Source of the DNA: Bispira polyomma
Taxonomy: Eukaryota
Direction: 5' to 3'
Length of the DNA: 64,000 nt
NCBI GenBank assembly: GCA_965649765.1
Contig: OZ287753.1
Location: 49,662,001 to 49,726,000 of the forward strand
The notes beneath the pieces were generated by a model. It made no database searches, had not been told where the DNA came from, and saw only the letters and a program-made list of their open reading frames with translations. Positions 24,951 through 39,800 of this stretch are shown in pieces. Position 1 is the stretch's first letter. Every line of letters starts with the position of its first letter. A program made the position numbers and the translations under genes.

Positions 24951-27811
24951 CTTCTCTATCTATTGTGAGACCAATGGGCAATGCCATATTTATGGTGGAA
25001 ACTACAATTTTTCTAGCATTACCATTATAAGTAGCGGTCTCGATAGAAGGTACACTGCCCGCATCAGTCCAATACATTTGCCTAAAATTAAAGCATAAAA
25101 TTTTATTCATTGGATTTTTGTATACATGATATTAAAAGAGTAAATTTTACTCATAAAAAATACACAAAGTCCACCTGCTCTGAATCTGATGTAATAAAGA
25201 AGTTTTTTATGACAACTATATAGTGAGCATATTTTAACTTGCAGAAAAGAAAATGCTTGTTTTACTTGATGGCTTTTATATTTATGCTCACTAAAAAGTA
25301 GTTTGGCACTTTATGGCATTGCATATTATTTTTGATTGTTTAACACCAAATACTGCGATTTTGTAAAAAATCTTAATTTACCTTTCATCAAAATCTAGAG
25401 CAATAGTTCGTGGTAAACCCTGGGTTGCTATTAAGGTAGTCTCACTGTCTCCATTGTAATCCATCCTTTTAATCAAAATAATTCCGGTGTTTGTCCAATC
25501 TGTGTAAATGATTAGTTTAGCATCTTTGTCTACAGCAAGTGCATCAAGTAGACGGTCTAGATTTTACACATTGAATCTGTATTAGTTAGGTTGTTTTAAA
25601 ATATATGTAAGTGGAATTGAAGGTACGAATATGTAAAGTTTATTCAAATGTTGAAAGTTAGACAAAATCAACGATATATCATTTATATCCATTACAAAGT
25701 GTCGTGAGAATATAGGGTTAAGGGAAATATAACACATCCAGTCTTACCCGATAAAAGCTGTTTGATTATAATTTCATCTTCACCAGACCATGTGGCTCTT
25801 CTGATTTTATTATCTGCGATATCTGTCCAAAATATGAATTCATCATCTGGGTCCATGTCAATGACTAGAGGATGTGCGGGATTTGAAACTGGAATAACAC
25901 TTAACTCATAAGTCAGCAGGTCCATCTGGAAGATTTTATTCTGTTTCCAGTCAATAAATATCAGTGCCGATTCTGAAAAAATACATGGCCATCAATATTA
26001 TAGGTCTAAAACTAATCTTGATGTAACACATTTTCTTGTTACTAGTCATACCAAAGATATATAATTTATTTGAATATATAGTTTCAATATGCAGTTACAT
26101 TTTACATCCTTCTTTGTTAAACATGAAACTACATTTATTGGGGGTTGGCCAGTGGCCGATTTATTATATTTACATATTACTTTCCTTATCTACTTATATA
26201 CTGAAAACATTGCTGCTTTCCCTTCTTGTTGGCCTTGTAAAAGGAAAAGATTCATTAATTATTTGTTTACGGGTTAGTACACACAATGTTTTAGAATGTT
26301 AGATAAACAACCTGGTTTGCAGGTCTTTCCATTGGAAGCCAGTATGTATCCTGTGTTGCACTGACAGATACTGCCGTTAGGTTTTGGTAAACATATGTGT
26401 GCACATCTACTATTGTTTGCTGAACAATCATCTTCAAAAAACAAAAATATATGTCACACTGGGATGTTAGGACATCACAGAAACATGAAAAATGTGTAAA
26501 TCTAAATTAAATGTAAATTTGCAGTTTACTCTTAGCTGTATAGGGAAGTATACTAGCCATGCTGCCACACACGGCACACAACACACAGACTAACACCCAT
26601 GAGCAGTTATGTATCGACTTATACACCTAGGTGGGAATGGATAGCTTTGTGTAAATTACTTTGACTATAGGTACAATATCCAGGTCTGCAGCGAGGATCA
26701 AACCTGGACTTTCAGATCCAAAATTTGACACTCTAACCGCTAGGCCACAAATGGAATAATAAGGTACTTGTGATTGACAATTCAATACAACAGCCCTTGA
26801 TTTATTAAAGTGACAATTACTAATTACTAATTTTTATTAAAACATTCACATGGCACACCACTGATACATCCTCCGCTAAGCTACTCGTTCTCTGAAAGAG
26901 ATATTTCTACAGCATAACCATAAGTCATAACCAGTATGCAATGAACTAAAAACCTACTGCAATCTGATGATTAGACAAACTATCTAACAACCGGGTGACA
27001 AGAGATCACAGTATGGTTTTAACTGAGCCAAAATATTGGTATCTGGTCACCTAATTTGAGTGGGTCTGGTAATAAAAAAATCTCATGTTCAATCCACATT
27101 ATAACACAATTGTCATTATAGGATAACAACCTTGGAGAAGATTAAATCTTATGGTTAATAAACCTATGTTGTATGACTTTTTTACTGAAGAAGAACTTGA
27201 TCAGATGCATTGCCATAAAGGGCACAATGAAAAATTGGTGACAAAATATAAAATCCATGTTTCAAACTGTGTTTTTATATCAATGATATTCAGACCATGC
27301 TACATTAGAATCAGAATGAGAGTTCATTTACAGAATGTATTACATTTGAGAGGACTAAAAAGTGTAAAAACAAACTTGTGTATCCAACTGGCTGGCTGTA
27401 ATCCCCGTACAACAGAATGTTGCCTGTTGTAACCGTCTTAAAAACACTCCTGATTGTGTCACTGGTGCCATCTTTGTACGCCCAGTGAAGACCTGGCTGG
27501 CTTGAGGTTTGATCTGTCCAAACAATGTGGTCCTGTGTACATAAACTTAAAATAAAATGCTATTTTAGTTTACATTATACTTTGTGAATAACTAATGCAG
27601 ATATCATTTGTTAAATAAATTGGATCTTTTGTGTTATTTTATATGATATTATATGTTGGCTTAACAGATTTGGGAATGTTTTGTCAGCTTTACCTGAAAA
27701 ATTGCCAGTCCAAAAGGATGAGAATTACTTGTAGTAACTATCACTTTTCTGACTGTCCCATCTGTTTGAATACTTTCAATTCGATCATACAAACTGTCTG
27801 TCCAGTACAAT
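24951..27811 (-). CDS. LRP-like exons 10-15 (propeller 2 end, EGF 2, propeller 3 start)
   Basis: [13 protein letters not shown]…HPFGLAIFQ; IVWTD; [14 protein letters not shown]…[16 protein letters not shown]; IFWTD; IYTDW; MYWTDAG…PIGLTID. Confidence 0.92.
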
Positions 27812-30800
27812 CTATAAAACGAAATTATTATAAAACAAGAATATGTGTGGCCCCAGTGGAGCCACTGACCAGAATTGCCTTCAGGTAGTATCTGAGATAC
27901 AAGTATCACCAACCTTCCTATTATTAATCACTGGAAGTAAAAATATAAGAAGGCAAAGGTAGGTGATCGATCACTTACCTTTGTCTGGTAGGTCAAAACA
28001 TCTGGCATTCGAACCAGCATAGTTACCATCAACTGGTGTGCCACCACACAGTATGTTTGTGTGATGTGATTTTAATGCAGAAAGCTATGTTGCCAAATAA
28101 ATTACTTGTGAAAATATGTTGAGAAAACTTATTTTATTATTTTTTAATTTTTTAACGCGCTTTGTTGATGCTAAGCATCTTCTTAAGTGCAACAGCAGAA
28201 TCATTAATCTAATTTTAAAGTCCATGGGCAAAGCAAGGTCTTAAGAAAAGATGCGGGGGCGTGCACAAGGAAAGCTAGGGTGGGTAGGCAAGGCTAAACA
28301 ATAAGTTTTAAGCTTTTTTTAAAACCAATGAATATATCAACTGATCTAAAGTCAACTGGGAGAGTGTTCCATAACAAGGTAGCTACAATGGAGCAAGCTC
28401 GGGATCCCACCTTCCTGATGGGTCTGACTGAAGAAACAAAGAGTCTTTTTCCACTCTTACAGTTACTCGAAGATAGAAGGGAAGCAAGGTAAGAGGGCTG
28501 TTGAGTGACTACAGCCTCAAAACTTGTAATGTGAATTTTGAACAAGATTCGGGAGTAAATGCGCAGCCGGTGTAATTTTTTGAGTTAAGGAGTGACGTCT
28601 CTGTAAACTAAAATCACTCTGCATAGGTAGTTTTAAATAGAGTGGAGCTTTTTAATCTGCTGCTCACAAGGGAGTTTATCATAGTTATTGTAGTGTCCAT
28701 TGACAGATGTTTTAAGATTCTTTTGATGTCGCATATGTGGTAATAGCAGGAGTGACATATGTTGGCTATACGAGTGTCAAAAGAAAATGTCGAATCAAAA
28801 GTGTCATCAGCATACATGTGGTGTTTTATATTAGGATTATTGAATACTGTGCTGGGAGGATGTGTATCAAAGGTGAAACGTAGAGGCCCAAGGACAGATC
28901 CCTAAGATAGTCTCTATGGAAGGTTTATGGAAGGTAATAGATGATAATCTAATTCAATTCTTTGTGCTCTAAGAGTAAGGTAGGATCTGATTTATTAAAG
29001 TACAATGCTATTTATTCCAAACCACTGCTTAAGAGTGTCGCAGAGCAGACCATGATCAATAATGTCGACTGCTGCTAAAAGATATAAAAGACTGAGGATT
29101 ACTGTTTAGTTGCGGTCCAGTGCAAAATACATTGCGAAATGGGTGAAACATTCTAAGTTTAAATAGGGGTACCATTCTATGTGCTTTGTCACTAGTTTCT
29201 ACCATCTGGTTACACATTCTATCAAGACAGTGCTGTGTACACGGATGTGATCGGCCGAAAGCAATGGTCAAATTGTGTATATACTTATTGTTGTTCAATC
29301 AGTTGCTGCTGGAAACGTAATATAAGAGGGTATAAAATCTGCATATACCATGGTTTGCTGCGGAATGTCCAAATGTCTGGTATACTGAAAGATCTATAAG
29401 GGTGAGGGCCACTGTTTCTTTGTAATTCGGTGCAAGATTGATATCATTGTTGACAGAAAAAAGGGCACTTTCTGTAGAGTAAACTTGTGTTGCAATTATT
29501 GTGCGTTTTGTTGCATCAAAATACATTGAGAAATGGCTAAAATATAAAGTTTAAATAGGGGTAACCATTCTATGTGCTTTGTCACTACTTTCCACCATCT
29601 GTCTACACATTCAAGACAGTGCTGTGTGCGCGAATGTCATTGGCCAAAAGTAATGGTTAAATTATTCATGTACTTATTGTTATTCCATCAGTTGCTGCTG
29701 GAAAGGTAATATAAGAGGGGACAAAATCTGCATATACTAGGGTTTGTACAACGGCCTGGTATACTGCTTGTGGTTATAATTCGGCCGCCTATTGTAAATC
29801 AGCCGTCAAATTTTAAATCGCAATTATTAAGAGTCTAAGTGCAAAATGGACTATAGGATTAAAGTAAAAATAATTAATGAAGTAAAATAATTATTATACT
29901 GATACTTTATAAAGTACAAGTATTGTCAGTGAAATAAATTTAATTTAATTAACGTTATGACACATTGAGCCGAGGCTTCCTTTCAGCTGTATCCAACGTC
30001 GGCCAAGTTATAAACCTTTAAACCGATCCAACATATAGCGCTTTTTTCAATCGATATATATACTCAATTTACATTGGATGTTGACATTGAAAATGCCAGG
30101 AGAAAATTATTGTATTGTGATTACTGTGATTTTTTTCCCCACCAAATTGAGTTGAGAAATGCTGAGATATACAGTTAATTGAGGGTACCCATATTTACTT
30201 TGTGGTTTGTGGACTGCGTGTTTGAAGTACAAGTACTTTATTTCTCCATTTTTGTTAAAAAATCGGGCCGACCTTTCAATTTTTTGCTCCCGGACCGAGA
30301 TATTTTTTCTTTTTTCAGTAGAAGTCAAGATCGGACACAATAATAAAGATATGGCTTGTTCGACAGGACTAGTAAATCGTTTACTAGTAAAAAGATAAAA
30401 AAGATTTAAACCAAAACACATGATTTAAAGCACATACTAAAACTCGGAGTGAACCCCGGGGGAATCTATGGCGAGTTAGCGAGTTGGCTGTTCAAAGTTA
30501 ATCCGTTATTTGGAAAAAAACAGATTAAATGTTTGTGAATAACAACCTAAACTGATTCCAAAAATATTTTTGTCTCAATTCTAATTGATTTTACTATGAC
30601 ATTGGTGGTATAAAATACAGGAGTGCAAAATCCTAACCTGTTCAATGACAAGAATCAGTTAGCGACAGTGATGCTAGTTTTTGGTTTGACATAGGTATGT
30701 ACCTCCAGTAAGTGCATTTCTAGTTCAAAAATAACTTTTAACCCAATTATACATTTCTAGTTTACCATGTTAAATGTTAAATTAAATATATTGTTTGTTT

Positions 30801-33800
30801 ACATATTCTTCGAAAAAGTTATTGTAATTAACTACTTGTAACTTTTAAAATTCAACCTTTACATTTTTTAACTCTTTTTTATAAATAATAACCATTTGTA
30901 GATAATATAAGCAAGTAAATACAATAAGTTGTAGTGGCTTAATTTACCGTTTGTCCTGATAGTCAATGGTTAGTTGTTCAGGTTTTCCAAGGGAACCAGA
31001 GACAAAAATTGTAGTTGCCTCTCCACTAAGAAAGGCACAACCAATATAGGGTGTTGTGGTAATGCAGGAGTAATACAGGTATCTTCAAAAAACATAAACA
31101 ACAGATCACATGTTGTTTGTGATTATGGTAAAACTATGAAGTATATCTAATTGTTTTAGTTACTAATTCTTACCAAGATATATGTAAATATCTTACTAGA
31201 AATAACATAGCATTGATTACTAATACAATTATTGTAAGTTTTAAATAATACATAAATTTCATTAGGGATTATTGATACAAACTCACCCTTCTGTAGGATC
31301 CACTGTTAAGCCATTTAAATCAGTTAGCGACAACAACTTGTGGAAGTATTGACTGTCTGCTGTGGCAACCATGATACCTTCCTCATTTGTCCAGTAGATA
31401 TTTTTTGATATCCAGTCTACAGAAAAACCTGTGTAAATTTGCAATTGTATTGTGTGTGCTCATATTTCCTAGAATTTCTGAATAAGCACATTTTTTTGTT
31501 AAAAAAAGATGTTACTAGATATATATATAGGACTATTTTTGGCTAATAATATGAAACATTCCACTGTCATACAAGATGTTCTACTAAGTCAAATTCAAAA
31601 TAGTATGTTCAATTAATAATTTTTACCACTAAAACTCAAGCTTTGGCTCATGCTTTTGCATATATAAATATGAAATATTATATGTAATAAAATGGCAGGT
31701 ACATTTCTTGGAACTAAATACATATTTAAGTGAATTCGCTCACTATCTATATATTATGGTCATCCATGTGGTCATTTTCATCAGCAAATGGATAACCTAA
31801 AATTGATGCACATTTTCCTCCTTTTTTATTTATCTTGAATTGTATCCACTTGGAAATGATTATGATTAAAATAAATTTTTATTGTACATTTCATTTAAAT
31901 TCTAAACGAACCAAAAAGCCTTACTTGTGTAATAGTTTTTTAAATGAATTGAAGTTAATTTAATCTGATTACATTAGATACAGCAGCTTATATGTTTACA
32001 TTTCGTTGATGTACTATACCTTTGATATCTCCTACATTTTGTATTCTGCCATTAAAACTAGAACCATCCTTCATGAGCACCCTATCAATGCCACTTTCTG
32101 ATACTAAGTACAAGTATCGCTGAGCATAAAGATGGCCTACATAGTAAGACTTTGACACACTAAAGTCAGTGAGACAGTTGTGACCTAATTCTTCATCCGT
32201 CATCACAGGTGTCCAAACAGGATACCAGCATAGCTGATTCAATAGTGTGTAGACATATCTGGGTCCTGTGATAGTTGATGTTGCTGGTTAACACAAATCA
32301 AGTCTTACTAATCTGTTGTGATAGTTAGTTGTATTTGGTGGATTTAATTAGGCACATACAAACATGTTATGATATGGATGACAATTTGATAGTACAAATA
32401 TCTCCACAAGTGACTTGTATATGTAACAAGTGATGATATTTATGTCATGAACCGTCTCATGTTATAAACCCTATTTTTGTAATCATTATGTAAAAGTGAA
32501 ATGCAAAATATATAATCAGTATATAAAACACCATATTTTAGAGAGCTATCTGTAAATGTATTCAAACCTAGATAACCATAATAGTACAAAAAACTAAATC
32601 ATCAAAATACATTACATGGTTAGCTTCAAGTATTTGGGCAGCTACAACAATAATGATTTATCACACTTAATGTTTACATAACATCATACATGTGTGAGGA
32701 GAAAGATATCCCTGTGATATGTCAGTATCATATAATGGTCAGATATAAAATGTGTTTTTCAACCAGCTATAATCTAATCAAGGTGGAAATTTGAGTACAT
32801 TTACTCTGGAACAACCCTCTCTTCCATCAATCAATTGTCCCTTAGTTTCCTATTGGAATGTATTTCTTATACTTAAAACATTGAAATTCTTAATGGCATA
32901 GCATAAAACTGTTTGGAAGACCTACAACAAAGCATCCATAAGTTAGATACATGTTGACCTTATGTTTTAATAAGAGCTTCAAACATTTAAGGATTCTAAT
33001 ATGAGGCTATTGGGATATGAACTCACCTCCATTAAAAAAACCTTCGAGATATTGAGTGGATTGATTTGGCAATAAACCTAAACAATACAAGCTAAGAGTG
33101 TCAAACTGAGTGTAGGTATCTGGACAGACACATAGGTAGTCAGTGTTGTTATTGGCACCAACACACATTACAGTACAGGGTGCAGATTCACATGGTGCTG
33201 AAATAGATAAACATATACAGAACTTTTCTTGGCTATTTGGGTCTAACCCTTGTGTTACCCGGCTTAAAGTGTACATTGTTTCTAAAGTGCATAATAGAAT
33301 CATGTACAAAGAATGAATGCTAAGTCAAAAATACTTCCACAGTCACTTGTAAAAGTTTTCAAAATGTTCTGGGATGAAAATGTGTGACAAATAAATTTGA
33401 ATTTAGTATGAGCTTTGGTCATATAAGGCACTGTAAACTACTCGCAATGGCAAACTTCCCAACATTAAGGACCAACAGGGATCGGAATCCACATTGGTGA
33501 GAGATCAGTGATTATGAAGCTAATGCTTCTAGCAAGGCCACCCCAGTCCTAGGACAAACAAATATGCATGTGTTTATGTTAGTTCATAAGCTCTGGCACT
33601 GTGATAAAGAGGCTGTATATAGTCATAACAATGAGAAACACGTACATGTCATGTTAGGCTGTTCACTTGCTGCATAGATCTGTATGTCACAGATTTTTCC
33701 ATATTGGACATTACTAGTAAAGTAATTACTAGGATTAGAGAGTTCTATTGTGTACAATTCTTTTCTGCTGTCACTGATGCCAAACAAAAAGCCCTAGAAG

Positions 33801-36800
33801 TTACAGAGCATATATTAATAAATTATTTTGGTGATAATATCACAGATGCATCTAAACCTAATATCATGGTAATTATATATAAAAGGCTGTAGCATTTGAG
33901 ACAAAGCTATAAGCGACAACATATATTTATTAGAAATCTATTTTAGACTGATATATAACAAGGATTCATACCTCATACAAGGTAAAGCCGACCATTGCTG
34001 ATACAATACTACTATGTAGGAAAGACACCATATTTTTGCCATCTAAGTCACAGCTTCCAATCAGACCAATGCCGGTGTCAACCCAGTACAAAGTGTTGGT
34101 CCAATAATCAATGGTCACAAAGGCAGGTTTGATAAGACCGCTTGACACAATAGTGGTTCTATTTCCTCCATGTAAATTTGATCTTTCTATTTTGGGTTGG
34201 CTGCCATAATCTGTCCAGAAAAGTTGGCTAGAACATAAATAATTCCGCAAACACTGACATTTGGTACGTATTTCTAGTGCATGTACTAATGAATACCCAT
34301 TTACTTGTATATTTCACACCTAACATTGAAAAAAAAGTTTAAAAAGCCATAACTGGCAAGCTTGCGGTTATTTTCACTTTTTAACAATACCACAAGCAAC
34401 AAGAGTTTTGGAATGTTTGGTGTCAAACAAAGTCGTAAACAGTATGAAGTCCATGGAAGTTAAACTAGAAACAAGGCAATCAGATAATAGGAAGTTTTTC
34501 TGTTCATTGTGTTGCCAGACCTTTATTCTATTTTGCTATGGTCTTAAAAGGGGTGAGAGGTTAAATGTGGAATTTCAGGGGTTTTTGTATCACTATTACA
34601 AAAATCGGCCAGAAGGTAAGAGTACTAAATATGATCAGTAATATTCAATTAGGTGTACATAATAAGTAACTGTTCATACAATAAAGATTTTGAAGTATCT
34701 GATATAAAGTATCAGCATATAAATGTACAATCATATCAATGTTTAATCTCAAAATAAAATAATTTTTAAAAGACTGCTATATCTGTGGACTGATGAATTT
34801 ATTTTGTGTCTCAGTTAGAAAAGAATGACCACAGACTTATACTCCAGAGGTATTTTACTTGTCCATTTCACTGTTTAAATTTGTCATCAGTTGTCAGAAT
34901 AATAGACAGATTAGAAAAGCCTTGTGGAAGGCACAACTTGTCCCACATCAACTAAACACTATCAGTCACTGCAAGTGATAAAACAATGGCATGACAATTC
35001 TGACAAACCCTTTACTGTAAGGTATATGTGCACCACATTAATGTATGGGTTGACGACCAGACAGTTGACAACCTCTTAGCCAATAAGGCACCTAGAGGGG
35101 TCACATGCTAACCTCAGGGCCCCACATGTTTCCTTATGCTGGTCATTCTAATTCTAGAAATCAGAGAGGAACGGCTTTTAAATCTCTCACCTAATATATA
35201 TATCAAATATAAATCAAAACGGCGACCATATTGCAAAACGCAGAGGAAAATTATTTATGGAAATAAAAACTTGGATTTGAAGTGTTTTTAAATGAAAAGT
35301 TTTAGTTTTTACAGTGTTTTCACTTTTAAAGGACGAGTATACACCATATAGTGACTATAATATTTGAAAAAAAGCCCTTATAATGGGTAGAGGAAAAAAA
35401 TGTGTGCATGAGTCATTAGCAGACTGTTCTCGTTGTGCAACCAGGCATTCAAGGCCTGTAGGTATTAGATGTACTCGTCAAACCGCTGAAAGCTTTTCAC
35501 TGGATCCATTAGTGCTGGAGGCAGGTAGTCAGCCGATGCCAGAAAAGACCCACGTCTTCTCACCCAGAACGGACCACATGACAACGACAACTTTTATAAG
35601 GAGCTGTTTCAACGTCACCAGGACACGATGGACTCGTTAATGACCACAGTGAATAGGTTAGAGAAAGATATATTTCAGTAATAAAGCAAAATGATAACCA
35701 GTCCAACAGAATTGCCCAGTTAGAAGCCGCCTACGCATACTCAGAGCTGGAATCCAACTCACAAGCAACAACAGCAGCTGGAATGCAGCCAACTCCTGCT
35801 CCACACCGTACTGCCACACATGTTCAAATTCACTTGATACACAGCAAGGCGGTTTTTCTAACAGATTTGGGAAAGTGTCTTTCTTACCTACAACTCCAAC
35901 GGAGACACGTTTGAGGAACTTCGGCATGCCAGGGGTGTGTTACTTTTACCCACCCCTGGTCATGGATTCACAAGGCAGGGTTATAACCCAAACACCCCTA
36001 AGACACAGATCTCAGGACAGCAGCAGTTCACCCAGAGTGACTCGAGTACACCAACAGCGGATGTACTCAGACAGTCAAGTCTGATCGAGAACCAAGTCAA
36101 CCAGAGGCTGGCGCAGTATGAGGCGTGGGCGACGAGTGAACAGTTCATCGGTAAGCTTAACTTTAAAAAGAAGTCGGGCAGATACAATGAGGGCTGCCTG
36201 ACAGGTTTGCATAAGAAGCTCATAGCATACGGCGAGTTACCTGTGGCCCAGTTTGCCGCAGGGCAGGTACAAAACATTTTAGAAACTGGCAACCCTCTTG
36301 TAGCACAATCCATATTACGTCAGTTGTCATACACCTTAAAGGACGCCGCCAACATCTTATGGCCAGTGGCCAGGGGAGCTTACGCGCGTAATATGCACAA
36401 TATTGAAGAGGGTCGATTGGGCTAGGCAGAGGAAACCAGATGGAACATAAACCGCCTATCTTATTTGCAAGCTTTAATTTCACATGCAGCTCCAGGCGCT
36501 GCCTCAGAATCAACGTCACATAAGAATGAGGTTCCCTGCAAACACTTTCAAAGAAATTAATGTAACCACAAGACTGACCACAATAACGGATCCATGTTTT
36601 ACAAACACATTTGCACGCATTGCTATAGGACAACCAAGAAGGGTAACCCACATCCGGAATCACGTTGTTACAAGGTGCATGGCAAGCAGCAGCCACACAA
36701 TAGGGAGATGGACAGCACATGGGTACCACTTCTACAGGAAACGCCAGTATTTATGTATATAGTGATATAAACCATGGGTTTAAAGGTGTAGAGACAAACA

Positions 36801-39800
36801 TAAAGTGTAAAAATTATAGTTGTTTAGATGTAAGGAATGACAATGAACTAGAAATTAGTAATTTTAATGATAATGATAATATTATAGTGAAGGACGAGGC
36901 CAACATTATAAATGGGGGAATAGAAAAACTATTAAATGATAAACAATCTACTCATATTGACACTGAAACTGTAAATAATATTGGTACCATAACCCGTTAT
37001 AAATGTTCAAATGAGGGAATGCAGGAGAGCATTATAGCTAACCAAAGTCATGCATGTACTATAAACTTGGTATTTGACAATCATAATGTAGACATATATT
37101 TTTCTAAAAAAGGGGACATTCTGATTCTGATTTCTTCTATTACCTGGTATGTAAAACCATGATAAGTATTTCGGGAGTTTACTCTCTGCTGAATGATAAT
37201 AATAACATTCAGTGGTACAAGAGTAATCAGAAGTTGGACAACATTTGGCCCATACAACTTTTACATTCAACACAAATCCAGATACAAGATTTCCCACGTA
37301 AACAGGAAATGCAAAGACATAACAACACATACAAAACCAAACAAAAAACAAATACCAAAACACACTTTCGAGTTAAGTTAGGTACTACAAACTACTACAT
37401 TGGAATCATAGATAAGTTATGTCAACAAACAAACACAAAATGGAAATCATATGAGGAATACACACACAAACAAAAAGAAACATATGAAGAAAGCAATACA
37501 ATCATACAGTCACCAGACACACTGAAACAGGACATTATTGACTCACAAATCGAACAGTGTATCAATGACATTTCAGACTCAGATTTAAGACAGACAAAAC
37601 ACATAGATAACAGACAATATGGTTTCATACCCCTGACTGTCAGAGATACCACTTTTATTGGACCCGACAGACAGGCGGTAAACATAGATAGTTATGACAA
37701 ACTTATACACATAGCTGATATTATTAAGAAGACCGGACTTCAGAATTATCAATCGGCAAGGATTTCAATGAAGTCAAACTTAAACACGGATATGTGGAAG
37801 CATTATTTCGATTATTACGACAAATCACTTGTGACATATATTGAATTTGGCTTCCCAATATCATTTTACGACAGAGACAGGCTTAGTACACAGGTGATTA
37901 AGAATCACTACTCGGCCAAAGTATATCCAGACAAAATTGATAAATGTTATAAGAACGAAATCACTAAGGGTACAATTATTGGTCCTATAGGTGACGTCAT
38001 CCATGATGACTTTCATTGCTCCCCTTTACTGACTCGTCCTAAAGACAAGGATCAGAGAAGACTCATTTTGAACCTATCACATCATCAAGGGGCATCAGTT
38101 AATGACTGTTCTCCCAAAAATCAATATGACAATATTGACTTTATTTTGAAATTACCCACAATTGTCCAGATCACCACTAAGCTACTGACTTTAGGCGACA
38201 AAGTGACACTAGTGAAAGTGGACATAGCTCACGCATTCAGGAATATTCGAATGGATCCATATGACTGCCTTAAACTTGGATATTGCTGAAAGGACAGTAG
38301 ACATATCGATTTATGTTCGACTTTTGGCCTCACCCATGGCTCGGCGATATTTATGAAAATTTCGGACGCAGTTACTTACATCTTAAAGCAGAAAGGTTTC
38401 TGTATCCTGAATTAGATGATGTTGTTATCTGTGAGCACCAAGATAAAGTTGGTAAAACCGGGAAAACGTGTCACTTGCATGGGAATAATCATCGATATAG
38501 ATGAGCATACGGTCAGTATCGATAAAGAAAAATTATATTCAATTATAGATATGTACTTAGAATTCAAAACTCTTATAAAAGTTAGGAAAAATAAATATCA
38601 ATCCCTGCTTGTTAAACTCTTGCATGTGCACAGATGCATTAAACCAGCGTGTATATTTCTTAACAGAATGCTAACACTCCTGAGAAATTCGGTCAACAAC
38701 ACATTTATAAAACTGACTACTGATTTTCACAAAAACCTGCAATAGTTTATCAATTTTTTGGAACGGTTTAATAGCACAGCAAAGTTTCACTCTGAAATTA
38801 AAAATTATGATGCCCTCATACATGTTGACTTGTTTAACCGGAATTGGAGGGGTATACAATGATAGAGTTTTCAAAACACCTATTCTACCTTTTAAAACTG
38901 ATAATTTATCGATAGTACACTTCAAAATGCTAGGCCTAATTATAGCCCTTGAAACTCGTGGCAAAGATTTAACAAATAAGAAAATAGAAATTATGTCTGA
39001 CATTATAGCGTCGGTATCAGTGGTGCAGTCATCACGTACTAAAGACGGATACTTGGCCTTATGCCTTAGATATTTATGGCTCATTTGTGCCAACTTAAAC
39101 GTAGACTTAGGTATACAGCACATTAAGGGTAAAGACAATATTCTGGCAGACACACTTTCTAGATGGTATGACAAAGATAATTGTACAGTAGCAAGTAAAG
39201 AATTTATTTTGAACAACTTCATAATGAACCGGACCACATTAAACGTGTTTATAAGGGACAATACATTTTCATTTTTCAGATATGCCAGACACAATCAAAC
39301 CACTACTACGTCAGGCGACAGAAAGACTGACCAAATGTCACAGACCAAAAACCAAGACAACCTATGATAAACAGTTTAGGCTATACATTGCTTTTACCGT
39401 GTATTATGAAGTACCTCAACCATTCCACTCAACCATATAGAACAGCTTTTTTGGTGGCTTTCTTTGGCTTCCTCAGAATTTCAAACCTCACACCAACTTC
39501 AGGTCAATACTTTGTCCACATTAGACACTTGACTAGATCAGATATCATTATAGCACCACCTGCATTGCACCTAATCATAAAACTAATCTGAACAGAGTAA
39601 CACCAAACATCATACAGTTGCCACAATTACTAAACCCTTGGCTCTGCCCAGTGAAAGGAGTGACCTCGTTGTTTCAAAAATATCCCCTCCTCACAATGTA
39701 ACCTTTTTTAGCTAAACATAGGTCAAGGGGAAGATGCGTGATAGACGCCAAACTTAGAGAAATGTTGAAAAACAATGTTGATTTTAACAATCCTAACTAT

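Noticed and set aside
36690-36725. UAG readthrough in D3
   Set aside because: The TAG-G at 36701 is in the pol frame but one base out of the gag frame as sequenced; decay and a different mechanism cannot be told apart.
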